64,000 nt of DNA from NCBI RefSeq assembly GCF_964194025.1, contig NC_134482.1, forward strand, positions 34,844,001 to 34,908,000. The letters are read 5' to 3'. Under the pieces are notes generated by a model that was not told the DNA's origin, searched no databases, and worked only from the letters and a program-made list of their open reading frames with translations. The stretch is from Convolutriloba macropyga (lineage: Eukaryota). Shown here one piece after another: positions 13,846 through 27,506 of the stretch. A program made the position numbers and the translations under genes. Position 1 is the first letter of the stretch, and the number at the start of each line of letters is the position of its first letter.

Positions 13846-16800
13846 CAACAATTTAATGATCTACTTTCAGAATTAAATCAGGATACACAAGATGACTATT
13901 TCAATTGCCAAGAAGAATGTAACACTCCCACAGAAGAATACATTCTCTCTACCTCCTGCAAAACTAGCATATGGGTAGTACCACTTACAATATATACTCA
14001 ACAAACACTTGATCATAAGAAAACAATCTCCCCAGCACATCTAGAAATAGATTTTTTACTAGACTTTGGTGCAACGCTTGATATATTGAAAACTGACACT
14101 TGGAACGAAATCAAAGACTACCACAAATTACAGCTGAAAGCATCAACATTTGTTCTCTCAGCAGCAATTAATTTTAAATTACAGTCAAAGGGTACAGTAA
14201 AACTAACACTCTACCCAAATGTAACCGAGAGTCGAACTCTCAAAAACACTTCATTTACACTCAATTTTCATGTATCAAACACTAAATTTAATATTCTAGG
14301 CACACCTTTTATAGAAAAATACTTAGATTCAATAAAATGTTCATCTCATACACTCAAGATCAAACATAATAATGATATAAAGTCACTAAAACTTTACGAT
14401 TCATCAATTAAACCACTCGCGTAATTATTCACGGTTATTTCCAGATATTGGAGACCACTAAGTATACTTCACACCCTCTGAATACCGAATCTTAACTTAT
14501 TCTTTAACAGCATATGAATGTAAAAATGGAAATGCGAGCGGTACTATCCTCTATGCAACTGATTTTTCATTTATACCACTACAAAAAAATATGTTTTTCT
14601 CTATAATGGATATAAACAATCTTGAATGTTCCTATCAATCTTTTATCTAAACTTTAATACAGAATCCTTTGAATCACCCATAAACACTCGTAAAAGGAAT
14701 AATTGGGTATGCACAACAAGATGTTTCACTCAACGACTATCAAGCCACAAAATATCGCATAATTGAACTCACAGAATTCACGAATGCTTATAACTTAAAT
14801 TACCTCACTCAAGGTACGTCAGAAACACTTAAAAAACTCTATTGCTTAAATCTTAGTAAACAACAAGAACGCGAATATAAATCACAATAGAAAAAATTCA
14901 CCCTACCCTTTGATGTCTCAAAATTAACCGAATCGGATAAAGAATGTCTCACCATGTTTAATTTTGAACACACAAAATTGACACAAACACAATTTGAAAA
15001 ATTAGCACAACTCTTCACACAATATCAAAATTGTTATGCAACTTCCAAATTCGATGTTGGAAAATTTAAAGTAGAACTAAATCTCCCCCTCAAAGCAACA
15101 GCTATCTTTAAAAAGCAAAGAGCTACTCGTATTCCACTTCAATTACAAGATGGAGTACAAAATTTACTCGACACTTTAAAACACTTTGATATCATAGCAC
15201 CCGTAAATACAGACTCTTTAACCACCTGAAATACATTCGTTAAACCAGTAATCACCCTTAAAAAAGGAGAATCCTTAAAAATTGTCCTAAACGCCCGTCA
15301 ATTAAACACAATGATTGACGAAACAAAAATAGTTGGCCCATAGAACCAATCCAGATTATTTCAACACGGATTAAAGGAACAATTTTCTCTATAGCTGATA
15401 TGAACAGTGCATACAACCGAATGCCACTTAATAAACCATCACAAAGACTCACAAACTTTGTGATTGCTGGACAACAATACTGTTTTAAACGCTTATTTTA
15501 TGTTTTTTTTGGCCCAGCAGCTTTTTCATCCTTCATGAGCAGTATTTTCAAACCACTAATCAGAAAAAAACAAAATAATCACTTATCTAGATGACGTTTT
15601 CATCCAAGATACAACAACAGACACAATGTTGCTACTACTTACTCAATATCACACTATAGATTGAATAACTCAAAGCCCCTCCAGATAAATCTTCCTTTTT
15701 CTTAGACTCAGTTAAATTTTTAGGACACCAAATTCAAAATAATCACATACACCCACTCAAATCAAAAATAGACGAATTTTTAAAACTACAACCACCCAAA
15801 AATAAAAAAAGAAATTCAAAACTATGTCGGATTTCCCATCTTTATTTCAAAATATATATACAATCTACAAGTAATTCTTCAACCTTTTTATCTTCAACTC
15901 AGAGGTACAACAGATTTTAAATGGACTCCTGAATTACAACAAACATTTGACAGAGTCAAAAAAGAACTTACGGACGAAACACTCCGCCTCGCAATTTATA
16001 ATTCAGAAAAACCTTTCTAAATTCTCTGCGATGCCTCTAGCTATGGCATTAGAGCAGCAATCCTCCAAAAAAAGCAATTTGGAAAAATGGAGTTGGTATC
16101 GGCAAATTCTCGTCTATTTTCAACCACAGAACTTAGTCTATCCACCATTCTTCGCGAATGTTCAGCTGTCATTTATCCACTTTCAGAAAACGAGCTCCTT
16201 AATCAAGGATATAAACACCCAATAATATTATACACTCACCAAAAACCAATTTCATTTTTATTCATACAAAAGAATAAACCAAACCACAGAGTTTGCAAAT
16301 TTCAATTAATGCTAATGAAACTTCCAAAACTACACATAGTTTGGACAGAAAGAAAAAATCCTTCACTTCCAGATCTACTAAGCCGCTCACAGGCGACAAC
16401 AACACAAGACGAACAACGTTTTCGAACACTCGAAATACCAGATTCGATTAAATTCTTTATTACGCACAATCAATATACACAACCTATACAGTGTCACTAC
16501 GTTGTATCAAAAGAATATTTTAATTCAGTATCTACAGACACTCATGTAGAATCACCACATTTTCCAATCTACTTACAGATTAAAGATAATTATTTCAAAG
16601 TACAATTAGAAAATGATCTTTATCTCTCAGTCTCACATTACGAATTTAAAACCAAAGCACAGCCCTTAGAGAATATGCAACAACAAAAACTACAACAGTT
16701 TAAAAAAACTACTCACTCCCAGAAAATTATCCTATTATACAACACACAGATATCACACTAAACACAAATAAAACAGATCCTTTCATAAAATCCAACCACG

Positions 16801-18606
16801 ACGCAAATTACGCCGGAATAATAAATAGCACAAAATTTTCACTCCCAGCAATAGACGATTTTATACCAAAGTCCCCAATTCTTTATAATTACTTCTATGA
16901 AGAACAAACTGAAATAAATGATACACTCCTCTGTCAAACACAATAACAAGACCCAGTTCTCAGTCAATTTTTTGCTGTGGAAATACTACAAAAATTTCGC
17001 CCCAACCCCTTCACTAACTATACGAGCAACTAAAGCATTACTACATTTTTATCGGCATTTTCAAAATTTAAGTATTAACGATGACAGTAATCTCCTATAT
17101 TACATACACGAAACAACGTCACCCTAAACTTGTCTACCACTCTATCTTCTTCTAGTCATCTTTTTATAAAGCACGCTCTCATGATCTTTCAGGACACCTT
17201 GGTCGTGAACAAACACACGCAACAATCAGAGAAAATTACTATTTTCGAAACATTAATACATGGATTGCAATACTTAGATTGCCTACATTGCCAAACTAGC
17301 AAATCCATGCCAAAGCTCTTAATGGCACCGCAACAGCCATTCCTCGAAGTTTCACCATACTTCAATCACCGTATTTCAATGGATACAAAAGGTCCAAACT
17401 CACCGTCTTCTGATGGGAACTCTTATGTCTATGTTATTGTAGACGCATTTACAGATTATGTTGTACTCCATCCTTCACCCAAAAAGGATGCCACTAATGC
17501 ACACACTGTTTAATTTGACCACTAGATCGTTAAATTCGGAATTCCAGTTATTTTGTTAACAGATAACGGAAATGAATAAATTAACGGAGAATTCACACAT
17601 TTCCGCCGTACATATAATGTACAATTCAAACCACGTACGCCATATGCACCAAGGTCTAACGGCTTCGTTAAAAACAGTAATTGCCAACTAAACGCATTTC
17701 TTCGTACAATCTTAGACTCACAATATGACACGTGGTCACACAAAGTAAATTCCGTTTGTCTTTCCGTTTGCATTCAATTCACAAGTCAGGACCAATATGA
17801 ACCTTTCACCATATGAACTCGTATTTGGTCAAAAATCAAGGAAATCCATAATGTTCAACCTATCTTCCACTAGAGATAGCTTAGGAAACTGTAAACCTAC
17901 AAAAAATTCACCTTGCAATTCACTACCTAATCATACACATACTGACCACTTAAGTCATCACCCATAAATTTAAGAAAAAATACAGAAAGGAACCTTTGCA
18001 TGTTGGTTTCTTAATCGTAAAAAGATACACTCGGAAGTTTATAACGAAGTACATAATTAATTAAACCAAAATAAACATTTACGCACATTTATTATTCGCC
18101 GCTTTGAAACGGCACAACAACTCAAAACAAACACTTATGTTTTAGTTGTAAATAAAACCACACAAATCGGAGTATCAAAAAAGATCCAACCACAAAAAAT
18201 TGGACCCTATAAAATAGCAGATACTCCTACATTGGTTACGTATAAACTAAAAGATTTCTCTGGTAAACAAATTACCCGTCATAGAAGTAATGTAGTACCA
18301 TATAAACCCAAAGAACTCTTCCTTCAAGAACAAATGGAGAAAAACTTCTAGGATAATTCACTTTTAAAAATCCAAAAAACCACCACTTACCAAGTCGAAG
18401 ACTGTCTCGCTCAGTCTAGACAATTTAAAGGTACCATCCTCAGATAACCATCCCCACCACTACCTTGTAACCCGTCTGAAATACCCGAACACAATTCGAA
18501 AAACTACACTACAAGAAACAGTCGTCTTCGACGACAACCCATAAAATACTATAGAGTCTTTAAACCACAATCAAAAATTTCGGCTTCACGACCAAAACAC
18601 ACTTAA
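13846..18606 (+). pseudogene. pol: pol (disrupted): protease, RT, RNase H, integrase
   Basis: Protease FLLDFGA at ~14053-14073 (DSGA variant); RT ADMNSAY, GPAAFS and YLDDV (~15584-15598); RNase H CDAS...SRLF...RECSAV; integrase H..GH...CLHC, ISMDTKGP, VIVDAFT, TDNG; GPY near 18202. It continues in the same frame as the last gag segment. Confidence 0.92.
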
Positions 18607-19467
18607 AACCATTCACACTTCACTAATAGAACACACGTTAGATCACTCTTCTCGCTTTAAAGAGCCGAACACAAGTAAGCATAACACGCTAAATAGCTAC
18701 TAAACATAATTCAGATAAAAATACAATTCCCTCGTTCTCTTATAAGAGAGAGATAATTCGGATAGTTCCTTCACCCCTCTTCCCCGTAATACAATTAATT
18801 TCACTGGGAAAGTTAATCAAACCACTTAGCCCAGTAAACAAAGCACACGGACAATCTCTTTACCTGCTACTCTAGCAGAACCACAAAAACCCCTCCATCA
18901 GGAAATGAAGAGAAGGCAATTACAGATCATTCCTCACCAAAATAATAAAAAGGAAATTAACTAAACGTTAAGTTAATAACCGACCCACAGCTTGGTCCGG
19001 GAACAATTCCCTAATCTCAGTTGTTTGCCGAGCTATGACTCGGTAACTTATTTATACCCGACTAAAAAGTCGTGGTTAGGCAAAATCATATCGTCTAAAA
19101 TCACTTTTCAGTCCACCGCTCTTGAAACTTGGTTGCTTCTCTCTTCTCTCTCTTTTCTCTTTCAACAATATTCAATACTCTACTTATAAACTTCTCTTCT
19201 TCACTCTTCTAATTCCCTAACTTCGACAAATCTCTCACCTTCTAAGCAATTTTTACTTCTCACTTCTTCTCTCTCTAACAAAAAAGAACTGTCTCACAGA
19301 ACAGTTTTTTATCCTTTCTAACTTCTAACTTCTTTGACTTCACTGACACCTCACACAAAACGCTCCCAAAAATCTGCTCACGGAAACAACAACGACAACA
19401 ACACTCAAATCACATCTTTCAGTCTCACAGTACTGAAAGGATCCTCTTCGACAAAACTTTACCAGGT

Positions 19468-21414
19468 ATGCACATAACTTCTCAACACAGACTAGAAGTA
19501 TTGTTTAAAAAAACACCCTACGCTGATACTTTTAGACATATTCAAAATTTTAAACCTAGACAGGTCCGTTTTCAAGATATTTTTTACAATCTTGGTCACA
19601 TTCTATATTCACACACTTGTTGTGAATGGGTTTTTTACATTAGAGATTGTAATAACGAACACATCGCTCTTTTCTATCTTCCTATTTTTCCACCACAAGC
19701 AACGCCTAAACTCTCTGAAATTCTCTATAAAGATATTGTCTAAACCGTTAATCTTGACGCTATCCCAGCCTCATATGATATTAAATACATTAAAGAACTC
19801 CTAAGATTGGATGAACAATACCACCAAATTGTCAAACAACAACAACCCAACAAATGAAATTACATATCCACACGTTATCTTTTCATTTGAACGAAAAGAC
19901 TATACATTTGCTGAATTGTTAACAGTTTTCTCTGCTAATTTTTTCGATCTTATCTGTCTCCATAATTTCATCCTACCAGATTCACCCTGCGCAGCAATCC
20001 GAGTAAATGTACTCACTTTAAATCTTTTAATAATTGTTATCTCCACCTCTACTGACTACAAAATTTATTATTGCGATAATTGCCCCACTCTGGGCCACAG
20101 ATTATCGTCAAAAGTGCGTCCTCTATTCAACAATCAAACACTAACCCAAGTGCTCCCCCCGTCTCAGAATAGCCTAGTTGCTCATACAGCAAAGCAACAA
20201 TCAACACCCAAAAAGTCATCCTTTAAACTCTTTAATAAAAAACCACAAATACAAGAAGCCGAGGAACACCCATACTCAGTCATTACTACTGCCCCATCTA
20301 CAGATAGACCTCGTCCTACTGGACACTCCCCCCCAATTTACCCCACAATCGGTAATCCCATATCCCCCATCAAAGACAAACGCAAATACACGCAAGCACA
20401 ACACTAATAACAAATAACTACACAAATTTATTGCCATACTCTGGTTTTCTTCCAAATACGACACTCCCTCCACCCACACTTATACCAGTTCCTCCACGAG
20501 CACCACAACTTGAATTAATTAATTATTCAAACACTCCACAGTTCTCCACTCAACCAATAAATTTTGCAAACACCGATAAATCCAGTAAGTTGGAATCGCC
20601 ACAGCCAATTCACACTGTCTCAAATATTCAAGATACGACACATGATATTAGCCTACTTTCTGACACTTCTAATTCTGATCCAATTAGCTCTCAATTTTCT
20701 TCAACTACTGCATCACAAATGGCGAATAATCCTTTAATCCGCCACAAGGACAAATAAAAAGTTTTGAACGCTTGTTATCACAAGCACACTGGAACCACTC
20801 TTATAATATAGTCAATTCTTCACCTTTATTTCAAAGCTCTCTACCGCTCTGTTTTCCGGGTACAACACCCATTATCACTTTAAGCTCCAATTCACCAACA
20901 CCAGATCCTGATCAACATTCTCATCACTGTATTTGGAAAAAACCCGACACGACACGAACTTAACCAACTCTACCACTTAAATTAGATCCCAATTTTTTTG
21001 TCCCCTCACCCGCTCTCTTTGCAGGCCATAACAACGGAGAACAATTACATAATTGGGCTAAACAAAGAATCTCTATATCTTATAAAATAACACCTGTTCA
21101 AAAGCAAAGAGCTCACGAATTACTAAAACAATCAAAAATCACATTCTCTGTTGAATGAATTGTTTAACAAGATAGACTCATCTTTCACCAACAATCTTCA
21201 GCACCACCTATCTTTAGAGTTAAAACAAATCCATCACCACTCATTTGTCAGGAAATACACTACAAGTTTGATAGATACACAAAAAACAACGCAAGATTTT
21301 TTGTCTTCTATAATCCACACTTTAGACTTTCCTACACATGTCCACTACAAATTTAATTCTCATATTACAAAATTTATTCTTATCATGTCCACTTCCAATA
21401 AAACAACCAATTAA
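19468..21414 (+). pseudogene. Accessory ORF block between pol and env (A ~19468-19804; B ~19811-21159; C ~21151-21414), unknown function; duplicated at ~22890-24850
   Basis: Sense-strand frames tile the interval almost without gaps, joined by frameshifts or single stops. B is Pro/Ser/Thr-rich and contains PPIYPTI. Confidence 0.55.
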
Positions 21415-22110
21415 AGTTGACCAACATAACATTTCCACACCTAAAACAGGCATACAAGATCTTGTCGTTACACACCATGATTGTTCACCAAAGCATATCA
21501 GAAATATGCGGTATAAAAAACTCAATAAAATTGGCGAATGTAAAATTATGCCAGCCGATTTTAAAATTCTCCCCGCCTAAGTACAAAATTTCTGACAAAT
21601 ACAAACACTACAAGTACGCGCTTACGCCATACACGCTAAACTTAGCGACAAGGAAAGCATTTGTCACAAAATTGCACTCAAAAGAGGTTTTCGGTTTGAT
21701 CACGATAATTGGTATGTTAATAATTTGGAACGGCGTTTCTTTCCCACAGAAATTGAAGCTCGTCGAGCACGCGTTGGTCTAATAAGTAAAAACCACTATT
21801 GCCCTCAAATGATACAATTTGACGTACTAGACGACCCCCGCTGGCAAGCTAATATAGAAGAAAAACGAGGCCGTTTTCGTTTAGATCGTTATAAGCCCTT
21901 TTCATTCCAACACGGAAGCATGTGTTATAACCCACGTGATTATAATTGGATTCCTAATGCCACAGATAATCCCTGGGCTAACTGTCCCGGTAAAGACCCA
22001 GAACACGAATATCATGTCATCCACACACTAGGATGGTCACTTCAATTAACTAACATCATTCTCACTTTTGATGTTGCCTCAGAACACATGTAATATGGCA
22101 AAATTCGCAT
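21338..22110 (+). pseudogene. env: env 5' part (truncated duplicate)
   Basis: Same sequence as 24774-25546; ends at the duplication junction. Confidence 0.75.
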
Positions 22111-22141
22111 ATTGCGGTGGGAATTGGCTGCGGTGGGAATG

Positions 22142-25100
22142 AAAATACAATTCCCTCGTTCTCTTATAAGAGAGAGATAATTCGGATAGTTCCTTCACCC
22201 CTCTTCCCCGTAATACAATTAATTTCACTGGGAAAGTTAATCAAACCACTTAGCCCAGTAAACAAAGCACACGGACAATCTCTTTACCTGCTACTCTAGC
22301 AGAACCACAAAAACCCCTCCATCAGGAAATGAAGACAAGGCAATTACAGATCATTCCCCACGAAAATAATAAAAAGGAAATTAACTAAACGTTAAGTTAA
22401 TAACCGACCCACAGCTTGGTCCGGGAACAATTCCCTAATCTCAGTTGTTTGCCAAGCTATGTCTCGGTAACTTATTTATACCCGACTAAAAAGTCGTGGT
22501 TAGGCAAAATCATATCGTCTAAAATCACTTTTCAGTCCACCGCTCTTGAAACTTGGTTGCTTCTCTCTTCTCTCTTTTCTCTTTCAACAATATTCAATAC
22601 TCTACTTATAAACTTCTCTTCTTCACTCTTCTAATTCCTTAACTTCGACAAATCTCTCACCTTCTAAGCAATTTTTACTTCTCACTTCTTCTCTCTCTAA
22701 CAAAAAAGAACTGTCTCACAGAACAGTTTTTTATCCTTTCTAACTTCTAACTTCTTTGACTTCACTGACAGCTCACACAAAACGCTCCCAAAAATCTGCT
22801 CACGGAATCAACAACGACAACAACACTCAAATCACATCTTTCAGTCTCACAGTACTGAAAGGATCCTCTTCGACAAAACTTTACCAGGTATGCACATAAC
22901 TTCTCAACACAGACTAGAAGTATTGTTTAAAAAAACACCCTACGCTGATACTTTTAGACATATTCAAAATTTTAAACCTAGACAGGTCCGTTTTCAAGAT
23001 ATTTTTTACAATCTTGGTCAGATTCTATATTCACACACTTGCTGTGAATGGGTTTTTTACATTAGAGATTGTAATAACGAACAGATCGCTCTTTTCTATC
23101 TTCCTATTTTTCCACCACAAGCAACGCCTAAACTCTCTGAAATTCTCTATAAAGATATTGTCTAAACCGTTAATCTTGACGCTATCCCAGCCTCATATGA
23201 TATTAAATACATTAAAGAACTCCTAAGATTGGATGAACAATACCACCAAATTGTCAAACAACAACAACCCAACAAATGAAATTACATATCCACACGTTAT
23301 CTTTTCATTTGAGCGAAAAGACTATACATTTGCTGAATTGTTAACAGTTTTCTCTGCTAACTTTTTCGATCTTATCTGTCTCCATAATTTCATCCTACCA
23401 GATTCACCCTGCACAGCAATCCGAGTAAATGAACCCACTTTAAATCTTTTAATAATTGTTATCTCCACCTCTACTGACTACAAAATTTATTATTGCGATA
23501 ATTGCCCCACTCTGGGCCACAGATTATTGTCAAAAGTGCGTCCTCTATTCAACAATCAAACAATAACCCAAGTGCTCCACCCGTCTCAGAATAGCCTAGT
23601 TGCTCATACAGCAAAGCAACTAAACAATCAACGCTCAAAAAGTCATCCTTTAAACTCTTTAATAAAAAACCACAAACACAAGAAGCCGAGGAACACCCAT
23701 ACTCAGTCATTACTACTGCCACATCTACAGATAGACCTCGTCCTACTGGACACTCCCCCCCCCCCAATTTACCCCACAATCGGTAATCCCATATCCCCCA
23801 TCAAAGACCAACGCAAATACACGCAAGCACAACACTAATAACAAATAACTACACAAATTTATTGCCATACTCTGGTTTTCTTCCAAATACGACATTCCCT
23901 CCACCCACACTTATACCAGCTCCTCCACGAGCACCACAACTTGAATTAATTAATTATTCAAACACTCCACAGTTCTCCACTCAACCAATAAATTTTGCAA
24001 ACACCGATAAATCCAGTAAGTTGGAATCGCCACAGCCAATTCACACTGTCTCAAATATTCAAGATACGACACATGATATTAGCCTACTTTCTGACACTTC
24101 TAATTCTGATCCAATTAGCTCTCAATTTTCTTCAACTACTGCATCACAAATGGCGAATAATCCTTTAATCCGCCACAAGGACAAATAAAAAGTTTTGAAC
24201 GCTTGTTATCACAAGCACACTGGAACCACTCTTATAATATAGTCAATTCTTCACCTTTATTTCAAAGCTCTCTACCGCTCTGTTTTCCGGGTACAACACC
24301 CATTATCACTTTAAGCTCCAATTCACCAACACCAGATCCTGATCAACATTCTCATCACTGTATTTGGAAAAAACCCGACACGACACGAACTTAACCAACT
24401 CTACCACTAAAATTAGATCCCAAATTTTTTGTCCTTCCACCCGCTCTCTTTGCAGGCCATAACAACGGAGAACAATTACATAATTGGGCTAAACAAAGAA
24501 TCTCTATATCTTATAAAATAACACCTGTTCAAAAGCAAAGAGCTCACGAATTACTAAAACAATCAAAAATCACATTCTCTGTTGAATGAATTGTTTAACA
24601 AGATAGACTCATCTTTCACCAACAATCTGCAGCACCACCTATCTTTAGAGTTAAAACAAATCCATCACCACTCATTTGTCAGGAAATACACTACAAGTTT
24701 GATAGATACACAAAAAACAACGCAAGATTTTTTGTCTTCTATAATCCACACCACACTTTAGACTTTCCTACACATGTCCACTACAAATTTAATTCTCATA
24801 TTACTAATTTTATTCTTATCATGTCCACTTCCAATAAAACAACCAATTAAAGTTGACCAACATAACATTTCCACACCTAAAACAGGCATACAAGATCTTG
24901 TCGTTACACACCATGATTGTTCACCAAAGCATATCAGAAATATGCGGTATAAAAAACTCAATAAAATTGGCGAGTGTAAAATTAAGCCAGCCGATTTTAA
25001 AATTCTCCCCGCCTAAGTACAAACTTTCTGACGAATACAAACACTACAAGTACGCGCTTACGCCATACACGCTAAACTTAGCGACAAGGAAAGCATTTGT

Positions 25101-25546
25101 CACAAAATTGCACTCAAAAGAGGTTTTCGGTTTGATCACGATAATTGGTATGTTAATATTTTGGAACGGCCTTTCTTTCCCACAGAAATTGAAGCTCGTC
25201 GAGCACGCGTTGGTCTAATAAGTAAAAACCACTATTGCCCTCAAATTATACGATTTGACGTACTAGACGACCCCCGCTGGCAAGCTAATATAGAAGAAAA
25301 ACAAGGCCGTTTTCGTTTAGATCGTTATAAGCCCTTTTCATTGCAACACGGAAGCATGTGTTAAAACCCACGTGATTATAATTGGATTCCTAATGCCACA
25401 GATAATCCTTGGGCTAACTGTCCCGGTAAAGACCCAGAACACGAATATCATGTCATCCACACACTAGGATGGTCACTTCAATTAACTAACATCAATCTCA
25501 CTTTTGATGTTGCCTCAGAACACATGTAATATGGCAAAATTCGCAT
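22142..25546 (+). repeat. Internal tandem duplication, copy 2
   Basis: As above; separated from copy 1 by a 31-nt filler (22111-22141) and continues into the unique part of env. Confidence 0.97.
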
Positions 25547-27148
25547 TAAGAGTGATCTAGAATGACGTCACTGCCCTCCAAATCACGCTATTAAAGCCAC
25601 AGTAATTTGGGAACCCGAAAACCATTGCCGTATTTTTGATGTTGGAAGATCACATGCACGTATGATTAAGTTTCAAAAGAGATACTTCATCGAAACACTC
25701 AAAATTAATAAAACCAATTCTGGTCATAAACAAAATGCACACATGTCTTCAAGTCATTTTCAAAAACAACTTTACGATGAATCAGCACTTCCTCGTTTTG
25801 AGACTATCACAAAACCCCTCTGCAAATGTAATGAAGACCGCCCATATTATGCCACTAAAAATCAAGACATTTTTATACAATACAAAGAAGGTTTTAATGT
25901 TATCTCAGGAACACCGTCACCCGACTTTGAAAACACACACATTACAGTCCCTAACGGACGACCCTCTTCAACACCCTACACAAAAGCAAATATCCGTGAT
26001 GGGTATGTTATTCCACAAGAATCACAATTATACCACAAATCAGAAAAATACGAATTGTTTCGAAAACGAAATTGGTTTGGCGCTGTTCACCCTAATATTC
26101 AAATCCATGCAAAGCTCGATTACATGATCAGTCGAGTCTCACTCGAAATGGATCCAACAAGCTTAAATTATTATGAAAAACTCTGCGACTTAGACCGCGA
26201 TTTAAAGCAAACAGCTTTTATTTTACTCACACAGAAATTGCCTTTAGTTGGTTATATCATTACAGGACAGCGAAACACATTCGCTACACTAAAATTTCAA
26301 ACTGTATTTTCACTCTTTCAATTTAAGTCGTCTCATCACCCCTTTATGTATTAGAAAATCAATGCTTCGAACGTATTTCAACATACTACCAAAACAAATT
26401 ACAATTTGTAGACCAAGTAACCCGAAAGACCTTCCCCTGGTCTATTAAAGCACCATGTAAATCTGCAAAATTTGATAAACAAATCTCACTCAACGGAGAC
26501 TGCGATGACACATATCGCTTAACACCCTATCCAATTAAGGCGCAAAACCCCGTTAAAACTTCCACGCCTGATGAATTTGAAAACCGCTTCACCCACGCTG
26601 ATTTTACCGCGCACCAACTTTGAATCTACAGCCAACACGACTGGACTAAGTCAATAGATAAGATGAAATTTAGCCAATTAGTCGATGAATCAGCCGAAAA
26701 ATTTGAAGTAGCCGGATCAGTAAATTTTGCAGATCTTGCGAAACAAGCACAATTCTCATAATTACGCACGGAATAAAATGATTATTTTAACAAACTCTTT
26801 ATTAACGGCAAAGAATGTACCCTCCCCCGACTTCACGGGCGTGATTTAATTAATGGCAACTATTTAAAAGAATCCCTCATAGGAATCTTTGGATACACAT
26901 GGTACGTATTAAAAGAAAAAGCCATAATATGGACTGTTTTTGGATTTTTTTTACGGTACTTTTTTGGCCTATTTCGTAGTTCATTGAACACCTATAATCT
27001 AAAATTACTTTTAGGACCCAATATCACATTGGCTAAAATTATAGCCTCCGGAATTTTTCGAGTATTCTCACAAACAATATTTCATGTGCTACAATCTGAT
27101 TCCACACAATCAAAGCCACCATCACCTAAAAAACGACGTAGACACTAA
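24774..27148 (+). pseudogene. env: env-like glycoprotein, chuvirus G / herpes gB-like (class III) by motif pattern; disrupted
   Basis: Signal peptide MSTTNLILILLILFLSC; HDCSP...LNKIGEC; HCPP...ATVIWEPENHC; AKLDY...EKLCDLDR; NQCFERISTYYQNKLQFVDQVTRKTFPWSIKAPC (26357-26458); hydrophobic C-terminal segments at 26876-27085. Confidence 0.7.
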
Positions 27149-27506
27149 ATTGACAGTTGCACTCCACACTCTCAACATAAATTGATTTTATTACAAAAAA
27201 GTTCGAAAATTTCTATAAGAAATTCTCTTCTCCGGTCGATTCCCGCACGAAACCAGATTTTCAATCTCTACATCTACACACTTTTCAACCTAATAAACTC
27301 AAACGCTTACGCGGAATTTCTCTTTCACGCGACTCTCTTGACAAAGATCCTGACTATCAGGAAACTCCAGAGGGACTTTTCTTTAACCTTCCAAGTACTC
27401 GTCTTTAACACTCTTTTGTTTTCGTAACTCCACTGCAGTTCCTACCCACCAAGAAGGAGGCTCAACAATTCCCCCAAATTTTGATCCTACAGCATACAGC
27501 CTCATC

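Larger units (their letters stand above)
18718..22110 (+). repeat. Internal tandem duplication, copy 1 (~3.4 kb)
   Basis: Near-identical to 22142-25546; the ORF track shows paired ORFs offset by ~3424-3436. Confidence 0.97.

Noticed and set aside
14062-14070. DFG as a kinase motif
   Set aside because: The context FLLDFGAT is the aspartic-protease D(S/T)GA site with a substitution.
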